A DNA stretch of 64,000 nt from Vulcanimicrobiota bacterium (GTDB lineage Bacteria > Vulcanimicrobiota > Vulcanimicrobiia > Vulcanimicrobiales > Vulcanimicrobiaceae), in the NCBI GenBank assembly GCA_003135555.1, contig PLCF01000072.1, positions 1-64,000 on the forward strand. The letters run 5' to 3'. Both the position numbers and the translations under genes were made by a program. The notes under the pieces were generated by a model that had not been told where the DNA came from, did no database searches, and was given only the letters and a program-made list of their open reading frames with translations. Positions 52,062-61,243 of the stretch are shown piece by piece; position 1 is the first letter of the stretch; every line of letters begins with the position of its first letter.

Positions 52062-52768
52062 GCCGCCTGCTCGCCGTCGAGGCTATCGAGAGCGGCTACG
52101 GCCGCAGTCGCGTGCTGTTCGGGACGACGCTGCACGTCGACGACGGCGAGACCGTGGCGCTCGTCGGCCGCAACGGGATGGGCAAGACGACGACGATTCG
52201 TACCATCATGGGGCTGTGCCGGGTCACCGCCGGCACGGTAGCCTTCGCCGGTGCCGACATCACCAACGCCGCGCCGCATCGTGTGGCGCGCCGCGGAATC
52301 GGGCTCGTCCCCGAAGGACGCCAGGTGTTTCCGACGCTGACCGTGCGCGAGAACCTGATCGCGACCGCGGCGAACTACGGCCGCGTCGCGCAGCCGTGGA
52401 CGCTGCCGGACGTGTTCGCGATCTTTCCGCGGCTGGCCGAACGCGCGCACGCGCTGGGCAGCCAGCTCTCCGGCGGCGAGCAGCAGATGCTCGCGATCGG
52501 CAGGGCCCTGATGCTGGGTCCGCGCTTGCTGATCCTCGATGAAGCGACCGAAGGGCTCGCCCCGCTCTTGCGCGAGGAGATCTGGACCTGTTTGCGCACG
52601 CTGCGCGCACGCGGTCAGTCTACGCTCGTCGTCGACAAGCAGCTCGATGCGCTAGCGACAGTCGCCGACCGCGCGGTGGTATTGGAAAAGGGGCGCACCG
52701 TCTGGCAAGGCGCCCCATCAACCCTCGCCACCGACCCCGCCCTACACGACCGCTATCTCAGCGTTTGA
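52058..52768 (+). CDS. LivF-like ABC ATP-binding protein
   Basis: GRNGMGKT, LSGGEQQML, DEATEGLAP. Confidence 0.92.
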   Translation: MSRLLAVEAIESGYGRSRVLFGTTLHVDDGETVALVGRNGMGKTTTIRTIMGLCRVTAGTVAFAGADITNAAPHRVARRGIGLVPEGRQVFPTLTVRENLIATAANYGRVAQPWTLPDVFAIFPRLAERAHALGSQLSGGEQQMLAIGRALMLGPRLLILDEATEGLAPLLREEIWTCLRTLRARGQSTLVVDKQLDALATVADRAVVLEKGRTVWQGAPSTLATDPALHDRYLSV

Positions 52769-52778
52769 GTGACGGCAG

Positions 52779-53477
52779 CTAAGCCGCGAGCGGGATGAAC
52801 GCGTCGTCGAGCGCGGCCAGGACGCTGGTGGGAAGGACCGACACGACGAGATGGCGCGGCAGGAACCACGTCACCCCGGCGATCGCCGTCTCGAACTCGT
52901 CCTGGTCGTCGAAATCGTCGCGCGCGATGCGGAAGACCAGCTGTTCGCGCGGCTCCTGATCGGGTGAGACCAGCGTCAACACGGCGGGTTCCTCGATCCC
53001 CAGCGTGCGCGTGAAGTACAGGTATAGCAGGGGGCGAACGTAGCGCGGCAGCATCGACTCGTCCGGCGCTTCGACCTGCATCCGCTCCGTCGCCTTGAGG
53101 ACCTCGCGAAACGTCGCCGATTCGCCCGGTGCGACACCGATGCGCGGAAACTCCCAGCCGCCGAAGGCGCGCCGCGTGACCAGATCGCCGCAGGTGAACA
53201 CCCACGCCGCCAGCTCGCCCACGGGCTCGATCGCGATCCCGAAGCCGCGGTCGGTCGCGAGGTCGACCAGGTCGCCCACCGCGATGTCGCCCTCGTCGCC
53301 CTCGCCAGGCAGCTCGAGCGCGAAATACGGGAAGCCGTCGGGCCCGAGGAAGATCTGCGGATCGCACCGCCGCAGCCGCGCAGTCTCGACGAGGTCGTAG
53401 AACCGATGGCGCCACTTCGCACCACGCTCCGCCTCCGGAACGGCAAGATGGACGCGCAAGGCATCAGCGTCGTTCAT
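52779..53477 (-). CDS. Hypothetical protein (GPDGFPY motif)
   Basis: Globular-looking composition, typical codon usage, TACAGT 7 nt before the ATG. Confidence 0.7.
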   Translation of the reverse strand: MNDADALRVHLAVPEAERGAKWRHRFYDLVETARLRRCDPQIFLGPDGFPYFALELPGEGDEGDIAVGDLVDLATDRGFGIAIEPVGELAAWVFTCGDLVTRRAFGGWEFPRIGVAPGESATFREVLKATERMQVEAPDESMLPRYVRPLLYLYFTRTLGIEEPAVLTLVSPDQEPREQLVFRIARDDFDDQDEFETAIAGVTWFLPRHLVVSVLPTSVLAALDDAFIPLAA

Positions 53478-53501
53478 TGTCCGTACTGTACCCGATCTCG
53501 A

Positions 53502-53921
53502 CTACGCAGCCGCGGTAGCCTTCCGTGTCGCTGGTCGTCCGCCTAACCTTCCGTTTGCCGCAGACGACTCGGCCTTCTTGGTGCTCTTACGAGAGCCCAA
53601 GAGCTGCGCCGCTGCGCTACGTACGATGCCTTCGCCGGCGGCCGCGATCATCAGCGTTTCGAGGCGAACGCCGACATCGGGCGCTTCGAACCAAAGCGCA
53701 TTGCCGGGCGCTTCGATTTCCGGTTTGCGCAGCGCGACCGGATCGATCTTCGCAAATCCCGGTACCCGCACTCGCGGGACACTGAGCGTAGACCCGGTGT
53801 TTAGACGAACGATGATCGCATCTTGGGCCTTCGCATACCGCGCATCAACGATCACCGTCAAATGCTTTGCCGCAGCGCGGGCGCGCCTCCCAGCGGCCCG
53901 GATTTCGAAATGCATCGCCAT
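53502..53921 (-). CDS. DUF2442 family antitoxin-like protein
   Basis: GNALWFEAPDV core plus SxxKAxSSAANGRLGGRP tail. Confidence 0.8.
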   Translation of the reverse strand: MAMHFEIRAAGRRARAAAKHLTVIVDARYAKAQDAIIVRLNTGSTLSVPRVRVPGFAKIDPVALRKPEIEAPGNALWFEAPDVGVRLETLMIAAAGEGIVRSAAAQLLGSRKSTKKAESSAANGRLGGRPATRKATAAA

Positions 53922-53931
53922 TCAAATTCGA

Positions 53932-53960
53932 ATATTAAACCAAACGGTTAGGTTTGGCAA
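53932..53960 (-). promoter_or_regulatory. Promoter of the DUF2442 gene with inverted repeat
   Basis: TTGCCA, 17 nt, TAATAT; inverted repeat CCAAAC-n6-GTTTGG at 53940-53957. Confidence 0.65.
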
Positions 53961-53978
53961 GCGAAGGGCGGCTGCCCG

Positions 53979-55556
53979 TTAGCCGGCGATGGCGTTGCGG
54001 CCGGCGGCTTTTGCCTGGTAGCAGGCGGCGTCGGCCTCGTCCAATGCTTCGGCGGCCGAGGCGGTGTCAGCCTCGAGCGGAGCCAGGCCGACCGAAACGC
54101 CGACGTCGAGCTCCTCGCCGTCGTGTTCGATGCGGTACGTCTCCACCGCGGCGCGCAGCTTCTCGGCGATCCGCCGGGCGTCGTCGATGCGGCAGTTGGC
54201 GAGCAGCAAGCCGAACTCGTCGCCGCCAATCCGCGCCAATACGTCGCCGCCGCGAACGACCCGCCCCATGACGTGCCCGATCTCGCGCAGCAGCCGATCC
54301 CCGGTCGCGTGTCCGAAGCGGTCGTTCACGATCTTGAAACGGTCGAGATCCAAGAAGGCGAGCACGTGGTGTTCGTGGCGTTCGCGTGCGCCGCGAATCG
54401 CCTCGTCCAGCCGTTCGGCGAACGCGCGCCGGTTCTGCAGACCGGTGAGCGGGTCGTGGGCCGCCTCGAACGAGAGCCGCAGCTTGAGCCGATACTCCAA
54501 GGTGACGTCGCGCAAGACGACGACCGTCCCTTGCTCGTCGGGGTCGATGCGCGACGCGACGTAGGCGACGTCGACGATCCCGGTGCGCGTGCGCAGATGT
54601 CCGTTGCCGCGCCGCACCCCCTCGGCACCGCTTTGGGGCACGACGGCGATCGGCCGCGCCTCGTCGTCGACCATGCAGATCACGTCGTCGACGGCGCTGC
54701 CGTACGCGTCGGCAAGATCGATGCCGAGCAGCCGCTGTGCGGCCGCGTTGACGAACTCGACCCGGCCGTCGGCCAGCACGGTGACGACCGCGTCGGCGAT
54801 GGCGGCCAGCGTCGTTTGCAGCTTCCGTTTCTCCGCTGCGAGGGCGCTTTCGAACTGCTTGCGTGAGGTCACGTCGCGGAAGCTGACCACGTGCCGCACC
54901 GTACCGCGTTCGTGAAGGACCGGCGTCGACGCCAGCTCCGTCCAGAACGGCAAGCCGGATTGGTCGTAGAGAATGACGACCGCGCGGGCCGCTTCGCGCT
55001 CGGTGATCCGCGAGCGCAGCCAGCGCATCCGGTCGCGATCGGTCAGCGGGCCCCACATGCAGTCGGCGGTCTTCCCGACGATCTCCGCGGCGGCAAATCC
55101 GAACAGTTGTGTAAAGCCGGCGTTCACGTGCAGGACGTGCGGCGCGGTGTCCAGGTCGGGCGGCGCGCTGAGGATGGCGACGGCCTCGCCGAGCTGCTCG
55201 AGGCTCTCGGTAAGGTGCTCGATCGCGCTGGGGCTGTCGGCTGCACGATCGGCCGGGCTGCACGCGGCTCCGATCTCGGCCGCGAGCGCCGTGAGGGCAG
55301 CCTCGTCGCCGTCGGTCGAGGGAGCGATCAGTAACAGGTCGGCGGCGCTCCCGTCGGCCAGCACGACCGGATAGCCCCGGAAGGACCAGGCGCCGCTGGG
55401 CCAGGCGCGGCGCACCGCGCGCAGCAGCGCGTCCGCAGCGGCCGCGTCCACCCCCCACGCCGCGACCGGCGCGTCGTTGCCGGGGACGGCGACGAGCGCG
55501 GCGGACGCGCCCGCGATGCGGGCCGCGATCCGAAGCAGCGCGGTGACGGTCTCCAT
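53979..55556 (-). CDS. PAS-PAS-GGDEF diguanylate cyclase
   Basis: Two PAS-like segments, HDPLTGL, DLDRFK, intact RIGGDEF. Confidence 0.92.
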   Translation of the reverse strand: METVTALLRIAARIAGASAALVAVPGNDAPVAAWGVDAAAADALLRAVRRAWPSGAWSFRGYPVVLADGSAADLLLIAPSTDGDEAALTALAAEIGAACSPADRAADSPSAIEHLTESLEQLGEAVAILSAPPDLDTAPHVLHVNAGFTQLFGFAAAEIVGKTADCMWGPLTDRDRMRWLRSRITEREAARAVVILYDQSGLPFWTELASTPVLHERGTVRHVVSFRDVTSRKQFESALAAEKRKLQTTLAAIADAVVTVLADGRVEFVNAAAQRLLGIDLADAYGSAVDDVICMVDDEARPIAVVPQSGAEGVRRGNGHLRTRTGIVDVAYVASRIDPDEQGTVVVLRDVTLEYRLKLRLSFEAAHDPLTGLQNRRAFAERLDEAIRGARERHEHHVLAFLDLDRFKIVNDRFGHATGDRLLREIGHVMGRVVRGGDVLARIGGDEFGLLLANCRIDDARRIAEKLRAAVETYRIEHDGEELDVGVSVGLAPLEADTASAAEALDEADAACYQAKAAGRNAIAG

Positions 55557-55691
55557 CTCCCTGGAATATCGGCCGTTTGGGCGCCGGGGCGCCGCGGCAC
55601 CGCCCTTTGTGCGCCCGCTAACGTTTCCTCAGAGGCGGAGGAGCTCGAACGGCGGTTGAGCGCCTTGCCCGAAGCCGTGGCGTCCGGCGAG

Positions 55692-56201
55692 CTAGCCGAC
55701 CGTCACGACCGCGCGGCTCCACGCATCTTGCGCCGCGTCTTGTTGGAACACCGCCGCGGTATCGACGACGAGGCTTTGCCCGGCTCGGTGCACGGCGTAC
55801 CGGTCCATCGCGCGATCCGGGCGGCCGTCGATGAGTTCGCCGTCGGGCTGAAAATGCGCGTCGTGCTTGGGACAATGGAATTCTCTTGCGTCGGGTAGCC
55901 ACTCCAGCCGCGTCACCGCGCGGTGCGGACAGACGATCGACAGCGCGTAGACCGCGTTTCGCACCCGCGCGAGGATCACACCGTTGCCGGCGTCGATCAG
56001 AGCGCCTTCCTTTGCCGGAAGCGCGTACGTAAGCACGCTGCCGTGCGATCGCGTCGGCACGATGGAACCGACCGATTGTGCAAAGGCCGGGTCGGCGAAG
56101 AGCCCTGAACCGACGATTCCGGCCAGCGCACCAAGGGCCGACGAACGCAGGAATCGCGCGCGGCCGATCGGACAGCTCGCTGCGCAGGTGGGGTGATTCA
56201 T
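55692..56201 (-). CDS. Rieske (2Fe-2S) protein
   Basis: CPH...CPKH ligand motifs; Tat-like RARFL leader; ATGA overlap with the upstream gene. Confidence 0.88.
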   Translation of the reverse strand: MNHPTCAASCPIGRARFLRSSALGALAGIVGSGLFADPAFAQSVGSIVPTRSHGSVLTYALPAKEGALIDAGNGVILARVRNAVYALSIVCPHRAVTRLEWLPDAREFHCPKHDAHFQPDGELIDGRPDRAMDRYAVHRAGQSLVVDTAAVFQQDAAQDAWSRAVVTVG

Positions 56202-56716
56202 TTCGACAGCGACAGCACGATGCTGACCAGCACGATCGATCCCCACAGGAGCGCGCTCACGATCGAGGTTGCCCGGACGCGTGCCCACGCAAGCGTCGCC
56301 GCCCCTCCCGAATCGAGGCGCAAGGACCCTTCGGCCGCCGTCATGAGCAGGGCGTTGCCGAGCAACATCGCGATGAGTGCCATCTTTATCCAGAACGGCG
56401 CCGACACGACGTACGTTTTGACGTCGGCGGCAAAGAGGGCGAGGCCGCTGAGCATGCAGATCGCAAGTGCGACCACGATGGTGCGGTGTACCGCATGCAA
56501 TTCCGCAAAATGGTGTGCGCGAATGGGAGGAGCCCAGCGGCCCGAACGCAGGGTGCCGCGGTCGTGAGCGATCGCGAGCCCGCCGGCGACCAGCATGGAA
56601 AGCACGTGCGTCCCGACGACGGACATCTCGAGGGGAGCCGAGTGACTGAAGAGTGACCGCCAGGGTGCCGTAAGTCCGACCAGTTCGCGGACCACAACGA
56701 TGCTTGCCAAGCCCAT
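56198..56716 (-). CDS. Four-TM membrane protein (DUF6644-like)
   Basis: SGLALF, PFWIKMALIAMLLGN, SALLW. Confidence 0.7.
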   Translation of the reverse strand: MGLASIVVVRELVGLTAPWRSLFSHSAPLEMSVVGTHVLSMLVAGGLAIAHDRGTLRSGRWAPPIRAHHFAELHAVHRTIVVALAICMLSGLALFAADVKTYVVSAPFWIKMALIAMLLGNALLMTAAEGSLRLDSGGAATLAWARVRATSIVSALLWGSIVLVSIVLSLSK

Positions 56717-56782
56717 GACCTAAGGATCGCGCCCAGTCCTTACATCGCGCTTGGATTCACATGAGGCTGCCGTGAGAGCGCC

Positions 56783-58564
56783 TCACGGCGACACAAGCGA
56801 CGCCCACGATCGTGAGGCGTGCGCATGCCGGTGAAATCCCGCGGGCGTGAGCCGTTGCGCGATTCTCGATTCGGTCACGGCGCCTGAACGCCCGAGCAAG
56901 AAAGCGGCAGCCCGCAGGCTGACCCGCGCTCGCCCGGGCCGTACGGTAAACGGCCCGCGATAGACATGCGACGTCGCCGACGGCGCACTGCCGTCGGTCG
57001 TGTAGCGAATGACCGCCCGGGCGACCGGCACCCGCAACGTCACCGTGAGCTGAGATGCCGTGGTCAGCACGTCGACGGACTGAACGTGCCCCGGTACCGC
57101 TTCGAAGACCGCCGGGCCGCCCGAGAAGGCGAACGACACGTTGGGGATGCGGAACGGGTAGCCGTGTGCTTCGAGCCAGGTGAACTGAGCCGGCAAGCGC
57201 GCCAAGAACGAGCTCCAACTCTTCCTCGAGCGCGGCGTCCAGGCAATCTCCGCGAGCGCGAGCTCGCGCGGGAGCGTCATCCAAAAGAGGTGGCCGGCCG
57301 TGGCGATGTGTTCGGTCCAGACGTTCGCTTGTGCTCCGAGGACGTGGGCGGAGTCGTGAGCCCGCAGGCCGGCCGGCATCACGCTGTCGGAGTAGACTTC
57401 TTCCAGCGTCGACATGTGCCGCGTCGCCGGCGGTTCTTGCGCCGGGTCTCCTTGCGCCGCGTCGAAGTACAGCGGCGGCGACGTGATGACGACGTCGTTT
57501 CCATGCCGCGCGATCGACGCCGCACGTTGACGGCCCGTCCACACCATCACCGTTGCGCGCCGCGACAGGGACGCCGAGTAGACGTCGTCCCACGCGATGA
57601 AGCGCCGCCCGTGCGACTCGGCGTAGCCCTCGATCGCGCGGGTGAACGACGACTGACTCAGCGACGCCGGCCAGTCGACCTCGTCGCCGCCGGCGTGCAG
57701 ATAGGTTGACGGAAACTGCGCCATCGCATCGGCCAGCACGTTGCGCGCGAATTCCAGACCGCTGCCGGTCTGGCAGAGTGTCGAGCCGCAGGCGAACTGC
57801 GGATACGCGCGCAGTGCCGCGCTCGCGTGCGCCGGCATCTCGATCTCCGGAACGACCGTGACATACCGGCGTGCCGCATAGGCAACGATCTCGCGAACGT
57901 CGGACGGTGAGTACGCTTCTCGGCCGGCTGTCAAGGCCGGGTAACGCGTGCTCTGCAGGCGCCACGCTTGATCGTCGGTGAGATGCCAGTGGAACACGTT
58001 GAGCTTGTAGTGCGCCGCGACGTCGATGTACCGCTTGACCACCGCGACCGAAAAGAAGTGCCGTGCCACGTCGAGGTGGATGCCGCGCCAGCGATATTCC
58101 GGCCGGTCGACCACGCTCACGAAACGCGAGGAGAGGTGACCCCTCGACCGCCCCGACACCTGATCGAGCGTCTGGAGCCCGTAGAACAACCCGCGGGCCG
58201 TATTGGCGCGGATCGTGACCCCGTGTCGCCCAACGCGTAGCTCGTAGCCTTCGTCGCCAAGCTGCGCGCTACGTCGGGGCAGGCGTTCCAAGACGATGTC
58301 AGCCGGCTTGCCGTGCGCAGTCCAAATCGTCACGAGACCGTTTCGCGCGAGATACGCGCTCAGCCGCTCGGCGACGTTGCGTTCGACCCCGGCGCCCACG
58401 GCAACACGCGCCCCGCTGGCCCACACAAAGGCGCCCGATGTCGTGCGCACGCTGCGCGGCCACGGCACGATGGAAGGCGCCGGCGCCGCCGCAGCGCCTG
58501 CCGGAACGCTCGAGAGCAAGCCGAACGCGGCGACGGCGGCGAACGCGCGTATGTGGACCTCCAT
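56783..58564 (-). CDS. Beta-N-acetylhexosaminidase (GH20) with C-terminal Fn3-associated domain
   Basis: RGIHLDVARHF, HWHLTDDQAWR, catalytic HAGGDE, IRYTTDGS. Confidence 0.93.
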   Translation of the reverse strand: MEVHIRAFAAVAAFGLLSSVPAGAAAAPAPSIVPWPRSVRTTSGAFVWASGARVAVGAGVERNVAERLSAYLARNGLVTIWTAHGKPADIVLERLPRRSAQLGDEGYELRVGRHGVTIRANTARGLFYGLQTLDQVSGRSRGHLSSRFVSVVDRPEYRWRGIHLDVARHFFSVAVVKRYIDVAAHYKLNVFHWHLTDDQAWRLQSTRYPALTAGREAYSPSDVREIVAYAARRYVTVVPEIEMPAHASAALRAYPQFACGSTLCQTGSGLEFARNVLADAMAQFPSTYLHAGGDEVDWPASLSQSSFTRAIEGYAESHGRRFIAWDDVYSASLSRRATVMVWTGRQRAASIARHGNDVVITSPPLYFDAAQGDPAQEPPATRHMSTLEEVYSDSVMPAGLRAHDSAHVLGAQANVWTEHIATAGHLFWMTLPRELALAEIAWTPRSRKSWSSFLARLPAQFTWLEAHGYPFRIPNVSFAFSGGPAVFEAVPGHVQSVDVLTTASQLTVTLRVPVARAVIRYTTDGSAPSATSHVYRGPFTVRPGRARVSLRAAAFLLGRSGAVTESRIAQRLTPAGFHRHAHASRSWASLVSP

Positions 58565-58626
58565 CTACGCGAGGGATTCGCGACGTGCCTCGAGTAACTT
58601 GCAGGGCAATACTTTAGCATCATGAC

Positions 58627-58936
58627 GGCCACGTCGCGCCGCTACGCTATGCGGGATGCGCAATCGTCCCGCCGTCGATGCGAGCCCCAAAGCGGTCGCG
58701 GCGATCGACGCCGTTCTGGATCGCTTCGGCGCTGGCGCGCTCCGCGTCGCCGCGAGCGCCGGCGTGCGCTTCGTCCACCTGCGCGCTACCGAACGGTACC
58801 GCGACCGTTCGCGCGCCTTGCGGCGGCTCGCCAGCGGGGTCGACGACTGGCCGGTGCCGCCAACCGGGCTGTTCGTCGTCGAGGAGCGCGCCGTCTACCT
58901 GCGCTCCACATCACCGATGACGGTGGCGCACGAATT
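58627..58936 (+). repeat. Direct repeat copy 1 (promoter plus 5' part of MRNRPAV ORF)
   Basis: Aligns with 61094-61243 and 63738-64000. The right end is inferred from the compositional switch. Confidence 0.88.
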
Positions 58937-58955
58937 ATACGCAGTCCAACTGTAA
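58656..58955 (+). pseudogene. Truncated putative zincin-like protein (MRNRPAV family)
   Basis: The ORF ends AHELYAVQL*. Codon usage turns AT-rich right after HE, so an HExxH motif appears to be cut. Confidence 0.55.
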
Positions 58956-59216
58956 ACAAACACGGGTGCGGTGCCCGAACCCATTCGCCGCTGCCGGCGG
59001 CAGTCACGGTATCTGCGCGCCTACACCCTCGACCCACTCAGGGCTGCGGGGATCGACCCCGCTGCGAACGACAGCGCGTGAAGGGCGCTTGCGCTTGACG
59101 CTCGTCGCGACGATCGCAACGTCGGTCCCTTTACTCTGGACGACTCGTTCGTTATTTAAAAGACTAACGCTCGAAAACGAAACGTAGACCAGCGCCTGCG
59201 TGGCCTGACGGCGCGG

Positions 59217-60812
59217 CTACGGAAACGCATAGTACGTTCCGGTTAGCGCACGCCGTTCGCCAAGCGGGTATCGGGGAAGCGGCTTTCCTTCGAACACCTG
59301 ATGAAGGTCCGTCATTAAGGCCAGTGAATCTGCGAAATACCCGTGCCCCAAGAAATCGGTGTCGACGTTTGTCGCATCAATGACGTCCATACCGGGAACG
59401 AGCGTAATGACTTGCGCGTCGCCGAGCCGGAGGCCCCCGTTATATTTGTGTGACCACGCCAGCGCAGTATCTCTCGCCGATGCATAGACGGTAATCCGCC
59501 TCGCGGTGCTGCGCATGTTCGTTGCGAGTTGCTCTGTAAAAATCTGTGCATCGATGTCCGGCGCTGCCATCTCGATGTCATGGATCGCCTGGGTCTGTTT
59601 GCCAGCCGCCAAAAGCTTAAGCGAATACGCGAGCGCGGAATTACCCATACTATGCGCCACGATATGGATATTAGTCACGCCTGTTTTCGACGAGACGCCT
59701 ACGATGACATCGCTCAAGTGCTTCGCGGTCCAGACCGCATTGACGTTGTCGACTGGATAACCCCACGTTGTCCCTTGAGACGGCCACGAGTAACAAATTG
59801 CCGGACCATCAAGCGTGAGATCATGGGCGAGTTGCCCAGTTCGAAGGAGCGCGTCCTCAAACGGAACGTTGAACCCGTGAATAAAGAGCAAGGCTTCTTT
59901 TGCCTTGCTCCGAAACGTCATGAGCTTAAGGGCCCGATAGAAACTGGAAGCAGATTCGACATGCGAGTCTAGGATAACCATGTCTCGCTTCGGGTCCGGT
60001 TGACGTAAGCGTATGTACAGAAACGTCGGCGGACTCTCGACATTTCCAAACTTGTGATCGTCAGGAATGCTCACCTCCGCTTCCCCAAACGTCAGAACGC
60101 TGCGAGCCGCACCAAACGATGCGATTGGACCGAGCACGCCGGTGGCGTCGCGCTCACGGTCCCGATCCGTAGCAAAATAGACGCGTAAAGTAGCGAATCC
60201 GCGCGTCCGGGGTCGCGCAGTCGGCGCCGGCGTCGCGCCGCGGTCGACCCCATAAACCGAGGAGCTACCGGAGAGCAGAGTTGCTATCGACTCGACGATC
60301 GTGTCCAGGTAATACAAAGTGCTGGCACGAGCATGCACTCGTTGAGCGTCGGCGCGGCAGGCATACCGCGCATTTCGATTTAATCGCAACCCGTAGCCGT
60401 CGGACTCACGCGCAACGTAGATCCCTGCTCCGTCGACCGTCGGAATAACCCAGACCATCGGATTTGCGTCGGTACAATTAGATTGCGCTGAAGCGCTCGA
60501 CGCATTTCCCACGGGCTCGGGTCCCTGGCTCACCACGGGCGCGGCGAAATCCACGATGACGGCGACGCGGCTATGCGCACTCAGCGCCTCAGAGCGGCAG
60601 ACATAGCGGGCGTCCCGATTCAACTGAAGACCGAAGCCTGCGGAACCTTTCTCCACATAGATGCCGGGGCCGTCGATCGCTGGAACTTGCCAGACGACAG
60701 TATCCGAGCCGGCACAGTTAGGCAGCGCACTGTCTTCTATCTTCGGTGCAGACGACGCAAGAATGGCCGGGGAAATCGCCACAAGCCACGCCAGCGCAAA
60801 CAACTTCTTCAT
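59217..60812 (-). CDS. Secreted DUF900 alpha/beta hydrolase with two tandem N-terminal Cys domains
   Basis: VYFATDR, FIHGFN, YSWPS, AHSMG, AAPDID, GHGYF; signal peptide; AT-richer than the core genes. Confidence 0.88.
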   Translation of the reverse strand: MKKLFALAWLVAISPAILASSAPKIEDSALPNCAGSDTVVWQVPAIDGPGIYVEKGSAGFGLQLNRDARYVCRSEALSAHSRVAVIVDFAAPVVSQGPEPVGNASSASAQSNCTDANPMVWVIPTVDGAGIYVARESDGYGLRLNRNARYACRADAQRVHARASTLYYLDTIVESIATLLSGSSSVYGVDRGATPAPTARPRTRGFATLRVYFATDRDRERDATGVLGPIASFGAARSVLTFGEAEVSIPDDHKFGNVESPPTFLYIRLRQPDPKRDMVILDSHVESASSFYRALKLMTFRSKAKEALLFIHGFNVPFEDALLRTGQLAHDLTLDGPAICYSWPSQGTTWGYPVDNVNAVWTAKHLSDVIVGVSSKTGVTNIHIVAHSMGNSALAYSLKLLAAGKQTQAIHDIEMAAPDIDAQIFTEQLATNMRSTARRITVYASARDTALAWSHKYNGGLRLGDAQVITLVPGMDVIDATNVDTDFLGHGYFADSLALMTDLHQVFEGKPLPRYPLGERRALTGTYYAFP

Positions 60813-60905
60813 ACTGGCCCACCCCCGGAAGCTACCGCTTCCCCAGCCACCGGCCGATGAACGCGGCGATTCTGGCCATTGACGCGGCTCGCCTGCCGCC
60901 GCCCC

Positions 60906-60953
60906 GCGGTCGTCGACCGGTTCGGCACCGACGCGCTGCGGGTCGTAGCTGCA
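60906..60953 (+). repeat. Degenerate internal fragment of the MRNRPAV repeat
   Basis: Encodes AVVDRFGTDALRVVAA versus AVLDRFGAGALRVAAS in copy 1. Confidence 0.6.
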
Positions 60954-61093
60954 AGACTTAACGGACGCCCTCTGTTCGCCGCGCCCGCGAGGAGGTTCAC
61001 GCCGATCGCTCGCAGCGCGCGAGACGTAGAGACCCGCTCGGCGTCCCCGTGCGGCTCAGCGCAAAAGCGGCCGTCACAGCGGCGACGCTCTGC

Positions 61094-61243
61094 GGACACA
61101 TCCGACCGTTACGCTACACGCGATGCGCAACCGTCCCGCCGTCGATGCGAGCCTCGAAGCCGTCGCGGCGATCGATGCCGTTCTGGACCGCTTCGGCGTC
61201 GGCGCAATGCGCGTCGCGGCGAGCGCCGGCGTACGCTTCGTCC
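61094..61243 (+). repeat. Direct repeat copy 2
   Basis: TACGCT-n7-ATG plus 40 codons, 36 of 40 aa identical to copy 1. Confidence 0.9.

Noticed and set aside
58956..59216. Short hairpins (for example GCGGGG-ATCGA-CCCCGC at 59046-59062) as an ncRNA or attC-like site
   Set aside because: Stems of 5-6 bp are expected by chance at this GC content, and they do not recur at the other junctions.
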